The notes: generated from the letters alone by a model not told the origin. Counted from the stretch's first letter, positions 27,405-37,749 are shown. The stretch: 63,090 bases of DNA from an uncultured Thermomicrobiales bacterium (GCA_902806415.1 CADCWN010000022.1:1-63090); one strand, 5' to 3'. A program made the numbers and translations.

Positions 27405-28388
27405 TCAATTCCTGAAGAGCTGGACGATCATCAGGCCGTGGTAGCGGCTACGGATCACCGCCATCCCGGCCCGGCCGAATTTGGGGGAGAGGATGTTGGC
27501 TCGATGGCCGGGGCTGTCCATCAGCCCGCGATGCGCGGTGACGACATCCGGCGCGAAGGCCAGGTTCTCGCCCGCCGTCAGGTAGGCGATATTGGCGTCG
27601 GCGAGCCGATCGAACGGATCGCCCGTCACCTGGGACTCGTGCGCGAAATAGCCGCGTTCGAACATCTCGACCGCGTGCGCGTGTCCGACCGGCACCAGCG
27701 CCCGATCGAATTCGAGGGCCGGCAAACCGACGCGCGCCCGCTCTTCGTTGACCAGCGCCAGGATCTGTGCCTCCGCCGCCGGATCGGGGGCGAGTTCAGT
27801 CGCCGCCACGCTGAACGGGAGTTCGCGCCCCGCCTCGCCCTCGTTGACCGGCGAGGGCAGGGCCAGGGTATCGGCGGCGGTCTGCAGCAGCGGTCGGATG
27901 CGTGCCATTTGGAGGAAGCGCGCATCCCCTTCGAGGAGGAGGGAGGCCAGGCGCGCCTCGCGCAGCGCCGGGCCGAGCCCTAGTGCGGGTGCGGCGACCG
28001 CGAGCGGGGCCAGCAGCAATCCGGCGAGGAGGCAGCCGACGATCGCGCCCGGCACCGCGCCAAGGAGGCGATCGAGTCGGCGCAGGCCACGCCGCTGCCC
28101 CAGCAGGCCGAGCAGCGGTCCGAGCGGACGCTGGAACGTCAGCACGGCGATCACCTGCCCGACGATCGCCAGCAATCCGAAGGCGAGTATGGTGGTAACC
28201 CTGGGATTGAGGCCGGGCAAGCGTGCCAGCGTGGTCGCCAGCGGCGCATACCCGAGCAGCATCAGGGTCACGATAATGCCGGTGCAGATCAGGCCGCTAG
28301 TCGCGCGCAACGCCCCGAAGCCCATCCCGACGATCGCCGCGAGCGCGACGAATCCCATCACTATCAGATCGATCGCCTGCCCGCCCAC
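27405..28388 (-). CDS. CvpA-family membrane domain fused to a CAP/SCP domain
   Basis: N-terminal TM helices with DRLLGA; C-terminal VNEER, YFAH, GENLA, SPGHRANIL. Confidence 0.88.
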   Translation of the reverse strand: MGGQAIDLIVMGFVALAAIVGMGFGALRATSGLICTGIIVTLMLLGYAPLATTLARLPGLNPRVTTILAFGLLAIVGQVIAVLTFQRPLGPLLGLLGQRRGLRRLDRLLGAVPGAIVGCLLAGLLLAPLAVAAPALGLGPALREARLASLLLEGDARFLQMARIRPLLQTAADTLALPSPVNEGEAGRELPFSVAATELAPDPAAEAQILALVNEERARVGLPALEFDRALVPVGHAHAVEMFERGYFAHESQVTGDPFDRLADANIAYLTAGENLAFAPDVVTAHRGLMDSPGHRANILSPKFGRAGMAVIRSRYHGLMIVQLFRN

Positions 28389-28530
28389 CCCGCCCTCGCC
28401 AGCCTGCCCTATTCGTGACGCCCGACGCGCCTGTCGATCAAACTATACTGTCCCCGAGCCGTTCGCGTCACAGGGAAAGGGCGCGAACGGCGCGATCTTC
28501 TGGTTCGCGATCAGGGAAGGTGGAGGGACG

Positions 28531-29820
28531 CTGACCGTATCATCGGGCGACTATCTCAATCGCCTCGCCCCACCGGGGCGGCGGCTGCTCGATCAGACCG
28601 CCACGGTCGCGCGCGAACGAGGAGTCGCGGCCTACCTCGTTGGCGGGAGTGTGCGCGACCTATTGCTGGGGCGCGACACGGTCGATCTCGACATCGTCGT
28701 GGTCGACGATGCTGTGGCGCTCGCCCGCGCGCTCCACGCCGAACCGGGCGGCGACGGCGCGACCCGGCTGCGCGTCCACGACGCTTTCGGCACGGCGACG
28801 CTGATTCTCGCCGAGGGCTGGTCGCTCGATCTGATCACCGCCCGCCGCGAACACTACCCCTCCCCTGGGGCGCTCCCGATCGTCACCCCAGGCACGCTCG
28901 CCGACGATCTGCGCCGCCGCGATTTCACGATTAATGCGATGGCGCTCACCCTCGACGCTGCTCAGCCGGGCCTCTTGCTCGATCCGCTCGGCGGGCGGGC
29001 CGATCTCGCGGATGGCGTGGTGCGCGTCCTCCACGACGGCAGTTTCGCCGACGACCCGACTCGCATCCTGCGGGGGCTGCGCTACGGCGGCCGCCTCGCG
29101 TTCGCGTTCGATCCGCACACCGCCGCGCTCTGCCGCGCCGCCGTCGCCGGGGGGGCGCTCGGCACCGTGTCCGCCCAACGCCTCGGCCACGAGTTCGTCC
29201 GCACCTTGGCGGAAGGGCGCGCGGCGGCGATCCTCGATCGCTTCGTCGCCTATGATCTCCTCGCGCGGTTCCCGGTGCCGCTGCGCTGGGACGGGGCGAC
29301 GGCGCGCGCCGTCGCCCACCTGGACGATCTCTGGGCGACCTTGCCCCCCGATCGGCGGCGGTTCGCGCTCTGGGAAGCGCGCTTCGCCCTGCTCACGGCG
29401 ACCTTCCCGCCCGGCGAGGCACGCGCCGCCGCCGCCGGGCTGCACCTCACCGCCGGGGCCGCCGCCCTCGCCGAGCAGGTCGCGCGCCTGCGTGCCGTTG
29501 TCGATTCGGCGACCCTGCCCGCCTCGAACTCCGCGCTGGGGCAGTTGCTCGATCCGTTCGCGCCCGAGGCGCTCATCGCGGTCGCCGCGAGCTCTGCGGA
29601 TGATTCCACCCGCGCGATCCTGCTGCGCTACCTGACGACGGTGCGCCCGCTCGCCCCGGCGCTCAACGGCGACGCGCTGGTCGCGCTCGGCGTCCCGCCC
29701 GGCCCGCTCTACCGCGAGGCGCTGGACGCCTTGCGAGGATACAAGCGCGACCACCCGAGTGTCACCGCCGACGATGAGCGAGCGTTCTTGTTGATGTGGT
29801 TGGCGGAGCGCCCGAACTGA
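28531..29820 (+). CDS. cca: CCA tRNA nucleotidyltransferase / poly(A) polymerase family
   Basis: VGGSVRD..LG...DLD, ARRE.Y, DL.RRDFTINAMA, DDPTRILR motifs; start probably a non-canonical CTG. Confidence 0.88.
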   Translation: MTVSSGDYLNRLAPPGRRLLDQTATVARERGVAAYLVGGSVRDLLLGRDTVDLDIVVVDDAVALARALHAEPGGDGATRLRVHDAFGTATLILAEGWSLDLITARREHYPSPGALPIVTPGTLADDLRRRDFTINAMALTLDAAQPGLLLDPLGGRADLADGVVRVLHDGSFADDPTRILRGLRYGGRLAFAFDPHTAALCRAAVAGGALGTVSAQRLGHEFVRTLAEGRAAAILDRFVAYDLLARFPVPLRWDGATARAVAHLDDLWATLPPDRRRFALWEARFALLTATFPPGEARAAAAGLHLTAGAAALAEQVARLRAVVDSATLPASNSALGQLLDPFAPEALIAVAASSADDSTRAILLRYLTTVRPLAPALNGDALVALGVPPGPLYREALDALRGYKRDHPSVTADDERAFLLMWLAERPN

Positions 29821-30102
29821 TTTCTCACCAGATCCATTCGGGCCGCGATGGGCGGTTTTTCTCTGCGGGCTGATGCCGCCGATCACCGCGTGGGAACGCA
29901 GCAGATCACCCGATTGCCGCGCTCGATGCGGGAAGTCCCGGCGCGATCAGCGGGCAGTTCGTAGCGCGCGCGTGGTATCGTGCGTAGATACGAGGGATGG
30001 GCGACTTGCAGCCCGTGGGGTATTGTGTCTGCGCGCCCCTCGCGCCGAGTTCGCCGGGGCGGTGGGGACACTCGTATCGGAGTGGAAAGGAACATCAGCG
30101 GC

Positions 30103-32199
30103 ATGCGCGATCTCTCCGAACAGACCTTCGGGTCGTATCGTCTCGAAGGGTTGCTCGGGCGCGGGGGGATGGGCGAGGTCTATCGCGCCCGTCACCTCCG
30201 CCTGTCGGGTCGCCTCGCCGCCGTCAAAGTCCTGCCCGCATCCCTCGCCAGCGAGCCCGACTTCCTGCGCCGCTTCGAGCAGGAGGCCAATTCCGCCGCC
30301 TCGCTCGATCATCCCAATATCCTGCCGGTCTGGGACTACGGCGAGCAAGACGGGACGCCGTATCTCGCCATGCCGCTGATGCCGAGCGGTAGCCTGAAGG
30401 AATTGCTGGAGCGCCAGGGAGCGCTCTCACCGGATGAGGCAGAGCGCTACCTGACCCCGATCGCCGAGGCGCTCGACTATGCGCACTCGCGTGGCTTGTT
30501 GCACCGCGACGTGAAACCGGCCAATATCCTGCTGCGCGACGATGGTCGCCCGCTGCTCGCCGATTTCGGGATCGCCAAGGCGATCGAGGCGGGGCAGACC
30601 GGCGGGCTGACCCAGGCCGGCGGCGGGATCGGCACGCCGGAGTACATGGCCCCCGAGCAGATCGAGGGCCGGGCCGAGAAGAGGAGCGATCTCTACTCCC
30701 TGGGGGTGGCCCTCTATCAGATGCTCAGCGGTCGCGTCCCCTACGATGGCGCGACGCCATACGAGATCGCGCTGAAGCAACTGGGTACCCCGCTGCCGCC
30801 GATCCGCCAGTTTCGCCCGGACCTCTCGCCGACGATCGAGGCGGTCCTGCACAGGGCGCTGGCGAAAGACCCGGCGGCGCGGTATGGCTCAGGGCGAGAA
30901 CTTGCCGCCGCCTTCCGCGAGGCGATCGCGCGACCGGCTGGCACCGCGCCGACGATCATCGGCGCGCCCTACGCCCAGCGCACGACCCCGCTCAATCTCC
31001 CGCCCCCCGTGCCGGTGCCGGTGGGAGGGTCACCGGTGGCCCAGCAGCAGCTCCCGCTCGTTTCCCCCGTGCCGGATACGAGGGGATCGCGCACCGGGCG
31101 TGGCACGTCGTGGCCGCTGATCGCCGCCGCGATCATCGCGGCGGGCCTCATCCTCATCATCGGCGGGCTCGGGGCGTATACCGCCTTCTTCCAGGGTGCC
31201 ACGCCCACTCCCCCGCCGCCGCCGACCAATACCCCCGTGGCGGCGCCGCTGATCGGGGCGACGCAGACGGCGGCGGCGCTCGCCACGGCGGGCGCGATCA
31301 CGCCCACCCTCGCCGCAACCGCCACCGCCACGCCGAATCTGACCGCGACCGAGGCCGCCATCGCCGGTGCGACCGCGACGGCGAACGCGATCGGCGGGGC
31401 GACGGCGACAGCGAACGCGGCCAACGAGGCGACCGCCACCGCGAACGCCGCGCGCGCCTCGGCCAGCGCTGCGACGAATGCGACCGCGACCGCGAATGCC
31501 AACGCCGCCGCCTCTGCGACGGCGCGGGCGGCGCGCTCGGCGACCGTCGCCGCCGGGCTGACCGCGACCGCCGCCGCCCAGCCGACGGCAACGCCGGTGC
31601 GCACGGCAACTAACACCCCCGTGCCGTCGACAGTGACACCGATCCCGCCGACGGCCACGCCGGTCCCGCCGACCCCCGCCCCGACCCGCGCGCCGACGAC
31701 CGGCCCTGTCGCCACCGCCGCCCCGCCAGCGGGCAACTGGGGGCCTGCACTGGCCCCGCTCAATGGGGGCAAGCAATATAGCGATCCTGATGGCCGTTTC
31801 TCTTTCAGCGTCCCGGCGAACTGGGTGCAGGGGACCGCGAACAACAGCGCGGTCGCGTTCGGTCCGCCGGACAATTCGGCGAACTTCACCGTCAGCCTCG
31901 ATCGTGTGCCGGGGAATACGACGATCGACGCCTACAACGCGGCGGTCGAGCAGCAACTCCGAGCACAGTTCGCCGACTACACGGCGGTGAGCCTCGATAA
32001 GGTCACGATCGGCAACCAGCGCGCCTATAAGCGTGTCTCGCGCGCCACCGTCCAGGGGCAGGTGATCCAGTTCGTCCAGGTCTACTTCATCGCCGATAAC
32101 CAGGCCCACGTCCTCACTTTTGCCAGCCTCCCGGCGAACTTCGACCGGCTCGTGCCGGTTTTCGACGGGATCGCCGGTTCGTACAGGGTGGGCGGTTAA
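30103..32199 (+). CDS. Membrane Ser/Thr protein kinase with Ala/Thr-rich linker and PsbP/DcrB-like extracellular domain
   Basis: GRGGMG, AVK, HRDVKPAN, DFG, GTPEYMAPE; one TM helix. Confidence 0.92.
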   Translation: MRDLSEQTFGSYRLEGLLGRGGMGEVYRARHLRLSGRLAAVKVLPASLASEPDFLRRFEQEANSAASLDHPNILPVWDYGEQDGTPYLAMPLMPSGSLKELLERQGALSPDEAERYLTPIAEALDYAHSRGLLHRDVKPANILLRDDGRPLLADFGIAKAIEAGQTGGLTQAGGGIGTPEYMAPEQIEGRAEKRSDLYSLGVALYQMLSGRVPYDGATPYEIALKQLGTPLPPIRQFRPDLSPTIEAVLHRALAKDPAARYGSGRELAAAFREAIARPAGTAPTIIGAPYAQRTTPLNLPPPVPVPVGGSPVAQQQLPLVSPVPDTRGSRTGRGTSWPLIAAAIIAAGLILIIGGLGAYTAFFQGATPTPPPPPTNTPVAAPLIGATQTAAALATAGAITPTLAATATATPNLTATEAAIAGATATANAIGGATATANAANEATATANAARASASAATNATATANANAAASATARAARSATVAAGLTATAAAQPTATPVRTATNTPVPSTVTPIPPTATPVPPTPAPTRAPTTGPVATAAPPAGNWGPALAPLNGGKQYSDPDGRFSFSVPANWVQGTANNSAVAFGPPDNSANFTVSLDRVPGNTTIDAYNAAVEQQLRAQFADYTAVSLDKVTIGNQRAYKRVSRATVQGQVIQFVQVYFIADNQAHVLTFASLPANFDRLVPVFDGIAGSYRVGG

Positions 32200-32357
32200 T
32201 CGCGGTGTGGAGATCGGCGCATTGCGACCTCACCCTCGACCTCGCTCATTGCCAGTTCCCCCGGTGGGGAGGCTACGGGAGGGCGTGCTATACTCTCGCC
32301 ACGAACCGCTAATTCATCGGGCGGACATGGCTGGTCGCAAAGGTCGGGTGTCGGGCT

Positions 32358-33179
32358 GTGGACAGACAAGCATTGCGGAATGAGGATGGCCCTGACCGCG
32401 ACGGCGCGCAACCGCTGGGCAAGGCCGATCTGCACATCCACACCTCCCATGGCGACGGTTTGGATTCCGCCGAGGCGATCGTCGATTGGGCCGAAACCCG
32501 GACGGATCTCGATCTGATCGCGATCACCGATCACGACGAGGTCGCGGCCGGCCTGCGCGCGCGCGATTACGCCTTGCGGCGGGGCTATCGCGTCCAGGTC
32601 GTGCCAGGCGTGGAGATCACCACGCGCGGCGGGCACCTCCTCGCGCTCGATGTCGATCGGACCTTTCGGATGCTGCGGCCCCTGGAAGAGAGCGTCGACG
32701 AGGTCCGCGCCGCCGGTGGGATTTGCATCGCCCCGCACCCCTATAGCTGGCTGACGACGAGTATCGGCGAGCGCGGCCTGCGCCGCCTGCTGCCCGACGG
32801 GGTCGCCGGGAAGCTGGCCGGGATCGAGGTCTGGAATCCGTCACTGGCCGGCCTGGTCTGCCACGAGCGGACGAAGGTGGCGAACGCCCGGCGCTGGAAT
32901 CTGGCCGAGGTCGGCGGCAGCGATGCGCACGCGGCGGTCTTCATCGGCAGCGCATTCACCACCTTCCCCGGTCAGGGTTGGGACGAGTTCAAGGTCGCGC
33001 TCAACGCGCGCACGACGCGGGCTTATGGGCGCTTCTGGTCCGCCGCCGAGGTGCGCCCGATCGCGATCAAGCAGACGGCGCGCGCCTGGTTTGTCAGCCC
33101 GGTGACGAAGGTCCGCCGCACCATCGCCCGCCGCGAGGGCCGGGTTGCCGTAGCACTGCCGGGGCGGGGGGCGGAATGA
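32358..33179 (+). CDS. PHP-domain metal-dependent phosphoesterase
   Basis: DLHIHT..GDG, ITDHD, GHLL, PHP, GGSDAH motifs. Confidence 0.9.
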   Translation: MDRQALRNEDGPDRDGAQPLGKADLHIHTSHGDGLDSAEAIVDWAETRTDLDLIAITDHDEVAAGLRARDYALRRGYRVQVVPGVEITTRGGHLLALDVDRTFRMLRPLEESVDEVRAAGGICIAPHPYSWLTTSIGERGLRRLLPDGVAGKLAGIEVWNPSLAGLVCHERTKVANARRWNLAEVGGSDAHAAVFIGSAFTTFPGQGWDEFKVALNARTTRAYGRFWSAAEVRPIAIKQTARAWFVSPVTKVRRTIARREGRVAVALPGRGAE

Positions 33180-34330
33180 AAATCCTCCTCGTCTCGCCCT
33201 ACGACTTCACCTATCCGGGCGGCGCGAACGAGCATATCCACTACCTCGCCGCCGAGTACCGCGAGTGGGGCCACGAGGTTCGCATCCTCGCGCCGGCCTC
33301 GCCGAATCGCCCGCTGCCGGACGAGCCGGGGCTGCACATCATCGGCAAGCCGGTGCCGATCCACGCCAATGGCTCGAACGCGCGGATCTCCCTCTCGCTG
33401 CGGCTCTCGGGCCGAGTCAAGAGGTACCTGGCGCTCGAGCAGCCCGATGTCATCCACTTGCACGAGCCGCTGATGCCGGCGCTCCCGCTGACGGTCCTCT
33501 ATCATGCTAAGGCGCGCAAGGTCGGGACGTTCCACGCCTTCGCCGAGTCCAACCTGGGCTACTTCTACGCGCGGCCCCTCTTGCAGCCGATGTTCGAGCG
33601 TCTCGACGCGCGGATCGCCGTCTCCCCGCCCGCCGCCAACTTCATCGGGCGCTATTTCGGCGGCGAATATCAGATCATCCCGAATGGGATCGAGATCGGG
33701 GGTCTGGGCGATCTCACACCCCTGCCGCAATATCGCGACGGTCGCCCGACGATCCTGTTCCTCGGGCGCTTCGAGGAGCCACGCAAAGGCTTCCGCTACC
33801 TCCTGCGTGCCTTCGCGCTGGTGCGCGAGCAATTCCCGGATGCCCGACTCCTGGTCGTCGGCGGCGGCGATGTGCAGCGCTACAGCGAGGAATTGGGGCG
33901 CGGCGGCGCGGCGGGGGTCGAGTTCACCGGCTACGTCGATAACGAGGTCAAGCCGCGCTACTACGCGAGTTGCGACGTCTTCTGTTCGCCCTCCACGAAA
34001 GGCGAGAGTTTCGGGCTGATCTTGCTGGAGGCGATGGCGTCCGGTCGCCCGGTCGTCGCCTCGCGCATTCCCGGCCACGCCAGCGTGATCACGCACGGCG
34101 AGGATGGCTGGCTGGTGGCCCCGCAAGACCCGGTCGCGCTGGCGCTGGCCCTGGTGCGGATGCTGGCCGATCGCGAATTGCGCGAGCGGATCGCCGGTGC
34201 CGGTCGGGTCACCGCCCAACGCTACGCCTGGTCGGCGATCGCCCAGCGCGTCCTGACGGTCTATCGCGGGGAGTCGGAGCCCGCCGTCAAGGCCGACGCC
34301 ACCCTCGCCCTCCCGGCGGGTGTCTCATGA
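33176..34330 (+). CDS. GT4 glycosyltransferase, PimA-like phosphatidylinositol mannosyltransferase
   Basis: SPYD..PGG, NGS.A, HLHEP, TFH, EPRKG, GESFG.ILLEAMA motifs. Confidence 0.85.
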   Translation: MKILLVSPYDFTYPGGANEHIHYLAAEYREWGHEVRILAPASPNRPLPDEPGLHIIGKPVPIHANGSNARISLSLRLSGRVKRYLALEQPDVIHLHEPLMPALPLTVLYHAKARKVGTFHAFAESNLGYFYARPLLQPMFERLDARIAVSPPAANFIGRYFGGEYQIIPNGIEIGGLGDLTPLPQYRDGRPTILFLGRFEEPRKGFRYLLRAFALVREQFPDARLLVVGGGDVQRYSEELGRGGAAGVEFTGYVDNEVKPRYYASCDVFCSPSTKGESFGLILLEAMASGRPVVASRIPGHASVITHGEDGWLVAPQDPVALALALVRMLADRELRERIAGAGRVTAQRYAWSAIAQRVLTVYRGESEPAVKADATLALPAGVS

Positions 34331-34938
34331 TCAACGAGCGGATGCAGGAGTGGGGTCGGGTGCAAGCCCGCAGAGTCGCCGTCTGGATTCGCTGGACCGG
34401 CCTCACGCCGAATGCGCTGACGATCATCGGGCTCCTGCTCAATTGCATCGTCGCGGCGATCCTCGGGCGTGGGTTCCTGTTCATTGGCGGTATCCTCGTC
34501 CTCGTCGCGGGCCTGTTCGATCTGCTCGACGGGGCGATGGCGAAGATTACCGATCAGATGACGCCGTTCGGCTCATTCCTCGACTCCACCCTCGATCGCT
34601 ACTCCGAGGTGATCCTCTATGGCGGGCTGCTGGTTTACATCCTCTCGACCCCGGACGCCAAGGTTGGCGCGATCCTCATCCACCTGACGATCTGCGGCTC
34701 GATCCTGGTGTCGTATGCCCGCGCCCGCGCCGAGTCATTGGGCTACAAGTTGCAGGTCGGCCTCCTGGCCCGCCCGGAGCGGATCCTCATCCTCGCTGTC
34801 GGGCTGATCCTCGGCCACCCGATCTGGGCGCTCTGGCTGCTGGCGATCTTCACCAATATCACCGCCGTGCAGCGGATCTACCACCTGTGGAGTACCACCA
34901 CGCATCCCTCGCGCGGTGCCTCGGCGCACGAGAGTTAG
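34327..34938 (+). CDS. CDP-alcohol phosphatidyltransferase (PIP synthase/PgsA1-like)
   Basis: TPNALT, D..DG.MA.......FG.FLDS..DR, SYARARAE, RPER motifs. Confidence 0.9.
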   Translation: MINERMQEWGRVQARRVAVWIRWTGLTPNALTIIGLLLNCIVAAILGRGFLFIGGILVLVAGLFDLLDGAMAKITDQMTPFGSFLDSTLDRYSEVILYGGLLVYILSTPDAKVGAILIHLTICGSILVSYARARAESLGYKLQVGLLARPERILILAVGLILGHPIWALWLLAIFTNITAVQRIYHLWSTTTHPSRGASAHES

Positions 34939-34945
34939 TCGCGGC

Positions 34946-35884
34946 GTGGCACCGCCCGAGGCCACCGTTCGCGACCTCGCTCGGGGCGCCTTCCCGACGG
35001 GACCGCCGCTCTTCGTAGAGCGGGTGCCGGAGGGCGGTTCCACACTCGTTTACCGCGTGTGGCGCAGCGACGAACCGTACTACCTGCGGATTTTGCCGGA
35101 GGTGGGCAAGACGTTCGCGCCGGAAGTACGGGCGCACACGTTGCTGCGCGAGCGCGGCGCGCGCGTCCCCGAGGTCATCTTCTACGAGCCGTGCGATGCT
35201 ATGCTCGGCCTCTCGGTGATGGTCACGACGGCGATTGCCGGGCAGTCGTGCGCGCGCGAGGGGCTCGGCCCCACCGCCCGGGCGATCGTCGCGGAGGCGG
35301 GGCGCGATCTGGCGCTCATCAACAGTCTGGTGGTCTCCGGCTTTGGCTGGATCGACCGCGACCCGCCGCATGTCGCCGCGCTCACTGCGGAACACCCCAC
35401 GAATCGCGCCTTCCTCACCGAAGGTCTGGAGCGCCACCTCGCCATACTCGGCGGGGGGATACTCGATCCCGCTGAAGTGGCCGCCGTCCAGACCGTACTC
35501 GCGCGACACGAGGCGTGGCTAGACGCATCGGGTGGTCACTTCGCGCACGGCAACCTCGACGCCACCCACATCTTCCAGCGGGGCGGGCGCTACACCGGCA
35601 TCATCGACTTCGGGGAGATCCGTGGCACCGACCGCTGGTACGATCTCGGCCACTTCGCCTTGCGCGACGGTGAGCGCTTCGCCACGCCCCTGCTCCCCTG
35701 GCTCCTCGACGGCTACGGTGAGGTCGTGCCGCTCCCGCCCGATCATCGGCAACGGATCGACTTCGCCGCCCTGCTGATCGGCCTGCGCCTCCTCGCGCGT
35801 TCCGTGGAAAAGCGCGGCCCGTCACATCCCGACCCGAGCGCCTTGCGCGCGATCAGGCGTGCGCTGGTCACGCTGCCGTCGTAA
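34946..35884 (+). CDS. Aminoglycoside phosphotransferase (APH/choline kinase) family protein
   Basis: RVPEV, HGNLD (HGD-like), IIDFG, DLG motifs; start uncertain. Confidence 0.8.
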   Translation: MAPPEATVRDLARGAFPTGPPLFVERVPEGGSTLVYRVWRSDEPYYLRILPEVGKTFAPEVRAHTLLRERGARVPEVIFYEPCDAMLGLSVMVTTAIAGQSCAREGLGPTARAIVAEAGRDLALINSLVVSGFGWIDRDPPHVAALTAEHPTNRAFLTEGLERHLAILGGGILDPAEVAAVQTVLARHEAWLDASGGHFAHGNLDATHIFQRGGRYTGIIDFGEIRGTDRWYDLGHFALRDGERFATPLLPWLLDGYGEVVPLPPDHRQRIDFAALLIGLRLLARSVEKRGPSHPDPSALRAIRRALVTLPS

Positions 35885-35897
35885 GGGAAGTCTTCTT

Positions 35898-35955
35898 CCC
35901 CCTCTCTCAGAATTGGGAGAGGGGGTGCCGAGCGCAGCGAGGCGGGGGTGAGGGC
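35898..35955. repeat. REP-like element (CCCCCTCTC...GGGAGAGGGGG...GGGGGTGAGGG)
   Basis: Hairpin plus G-rich tail between convergent genes. Confidence 0.7.
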
Positions 35956-35968
35956 CGCCCGCCCGCAC

Positions 35969-37507
35969 CTACCCCGCCGTGACCGCACCCTGCTCTTGCA
36001 GCCACTCATGGGCCGCCCCCAGCCGGGCCACGCACGTCTCCTGGCCGAGGACGTGCATCATCTCGAAGAGGCCGGGGGTCGCCGTGCGCCCGCTGAGGGC
36101 GACGCGGATCGGCATGAAGACCTGACCGGCCTTTAGCCCGAGTTCGTCGGCGAGGCCGCGCAGTCGTGTCTCCATCCCGGCGAGATCGGCGACATCCCCC
36201 CCGGCCACCGCGTCGCGCGTCGCCGCCAGCACCCGCAGGGTCAGCTCCGGCGTCAGCTTCTGCTTCTTCGACACCAGCGCATCGATGGTGTACTCGACCG
36301 TCGGCGTGAAGAAGTAGGCGGTCATCTCGGGGACCTCGCTCAGGCGCTTGATCCGCTCCTTCTCCAGCGCGACGACAGTTTTGACATAATCGGGCGACGT
36401 GTCGTCAGTCACGAATCCAGCTTCGCGCAGGTAGGGGAGGGCGCGGGCGGTCACCTCGTCGAGGGTCAGGATGTGGTTGATGTACTGCCCGTTCATCCAT
36501 TCGAGCTTCTGGTGATCGAAGATCGCCGACGACGCCTTGACCCGATCGAGGTCGAACTTCTCGATCAACTCTTCCTTGGAGAAGATCTCGGTCTTGTCAT
36601 CCCAGGACCAGCCGATGATCGCCAGATAGTTCAGCAGCGCCTCGGGGATAATCCCGTTGGCGCGGAACTCCTGCACGCTGGTGGAGCCGTGGCGCTTCGA
36701 GAGTTTCTTGCGGTCGGTGCCGAGGAGCAGGACCATGTGGGCGATCTGCGGCATCTCCCAGTCGAATGCGCGATAGAGCAGCACATGGAGCGGCGCAGTC
36801 GGGATCCACTCCTCGGCGCGGAGGATGTGGGTGATCGCCATCAGGTGATCATCCACCACGTTCGCCAGATGATAGGTCGGGAAGCCGTCGGACTTCAGCA
36901 GGACCGCATCTTCCAGCGTCCGCGCGTCAACCGCGATCTCGCCACGGACGAGATCGGTGAAGCTGATCACGCCTTCGAGCGGCACCTTGAGGCGCACCAC
37001 CGCCCCCTCGCCCGCCGCGAGTCGGCGCTGAACGTCCTCCGGTGCCAGATCGCGACAGTGGCGATCGTACCCGGACGGCAGGATATTCTTCGCCTGGCGC
37101 TCCTGGCGGACTTGCGCCAGTCGCTCGGGAGAGCAGAAGCAGTAGTAGGCATGACCGTGCTCCACCAGCCACTCGGCCGACTGCCGGTAGAGTTCCTGCC
37201 GCTCGCTCTGCATGTAGGGGCCGTAGTCGCCGCGCTCCCGGTCGGGGAGCGGGTTGGCCTGCTCGTCGATCTCGATCCCCTCGTCCCAGTCGAGGCCGAG
37301 CCAGGTCAGGCCGTCCGTAATGCTGCCGAGCGAGCGCTCCACGAGTCGCTTGCGGTCGGTGTCCTCGATCCGCAAGACGACCGTGCCGCCATGATGGCGG
37401 GTGAACAACCAGTTGAAGAGCGTCGTGTGCGCCGAGCCGACGTGGAGGTCCCCGGTGGGACTCGGCGCGAAGCGCGTGCGGATCGGCTTCGTCATCTCCC
37501 CGGTCAT
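35969..37507 (-). CDS. gltX: Glutamate--tRNA ligase
   Basis: RFAPSPTG, HVGS, RIEDTD, CFC, PTYHLANVVDD, KLSKR motifs. Confidence 0.96.
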   Translation of the reverse strand: MTGEMTKPIRTRFAPSPTGDLHVGSAHTTLFNWLFTRHHGGTVVLRIEDTDRKRLVERSLGSITDGLTWLGLDWDEGIEIDEQANPLPDRERGDYGPYMQSERQELYRQSAEWLVEHGHAYYCFCSPERLAQVRQERQAKNILPSGYDRHCRDLAPEDVQRRLAAGEGAVVRLKVPLEGVISFTDLVRGEIAVDARTLEDAVLLKSDGFPTYHLANVVDDHLMAITHILRAEEWIPTAPLHVLLYRAFDWEMPQIAHMVLLLGTDRKKLSKRHGSTSVQEFRANGIIPEALLNYLAIIGWSWDDKTEIFSKEELIEKFDLDRVKASSAIFDHQKLEWMNGQYINHILTLDEVTARALPYLREAGFVTDDTSPDYVKTVVALEKERIKRLSEVPEMTAYFFTPTVEYTIDALVSKKQKLTPELTLRVLAATRDAVAGGDVADLAGMETRLRGLADELGLKAGQVFMPIRVALSGRTATPGLFEMMHVLGQETCVARLGAAHEWLQEQGAVTAG

Positions 37508-37749
37508 CGTTCTCGTCCCCTTCCCCGCCCGGCAGACTTGTCGGGCCATGCCACTACGCCACTGTATTGTTCGGAATCGTACAGGGAACGGGTTGCTCGC
37601 GGCAAACGGGGCGCGTGTAGCCCTTTTGGGCTGTCCGCGTAACCAATGGGCTTGCCGTGTGTTAGAATGATGTGGATTGAGCGTGAATTCGGCGAGTGAT
37701 GTCCGGGGCAATCCGGCCAAGGCTCGCGTCGCGACGGAGGTTGACACCC

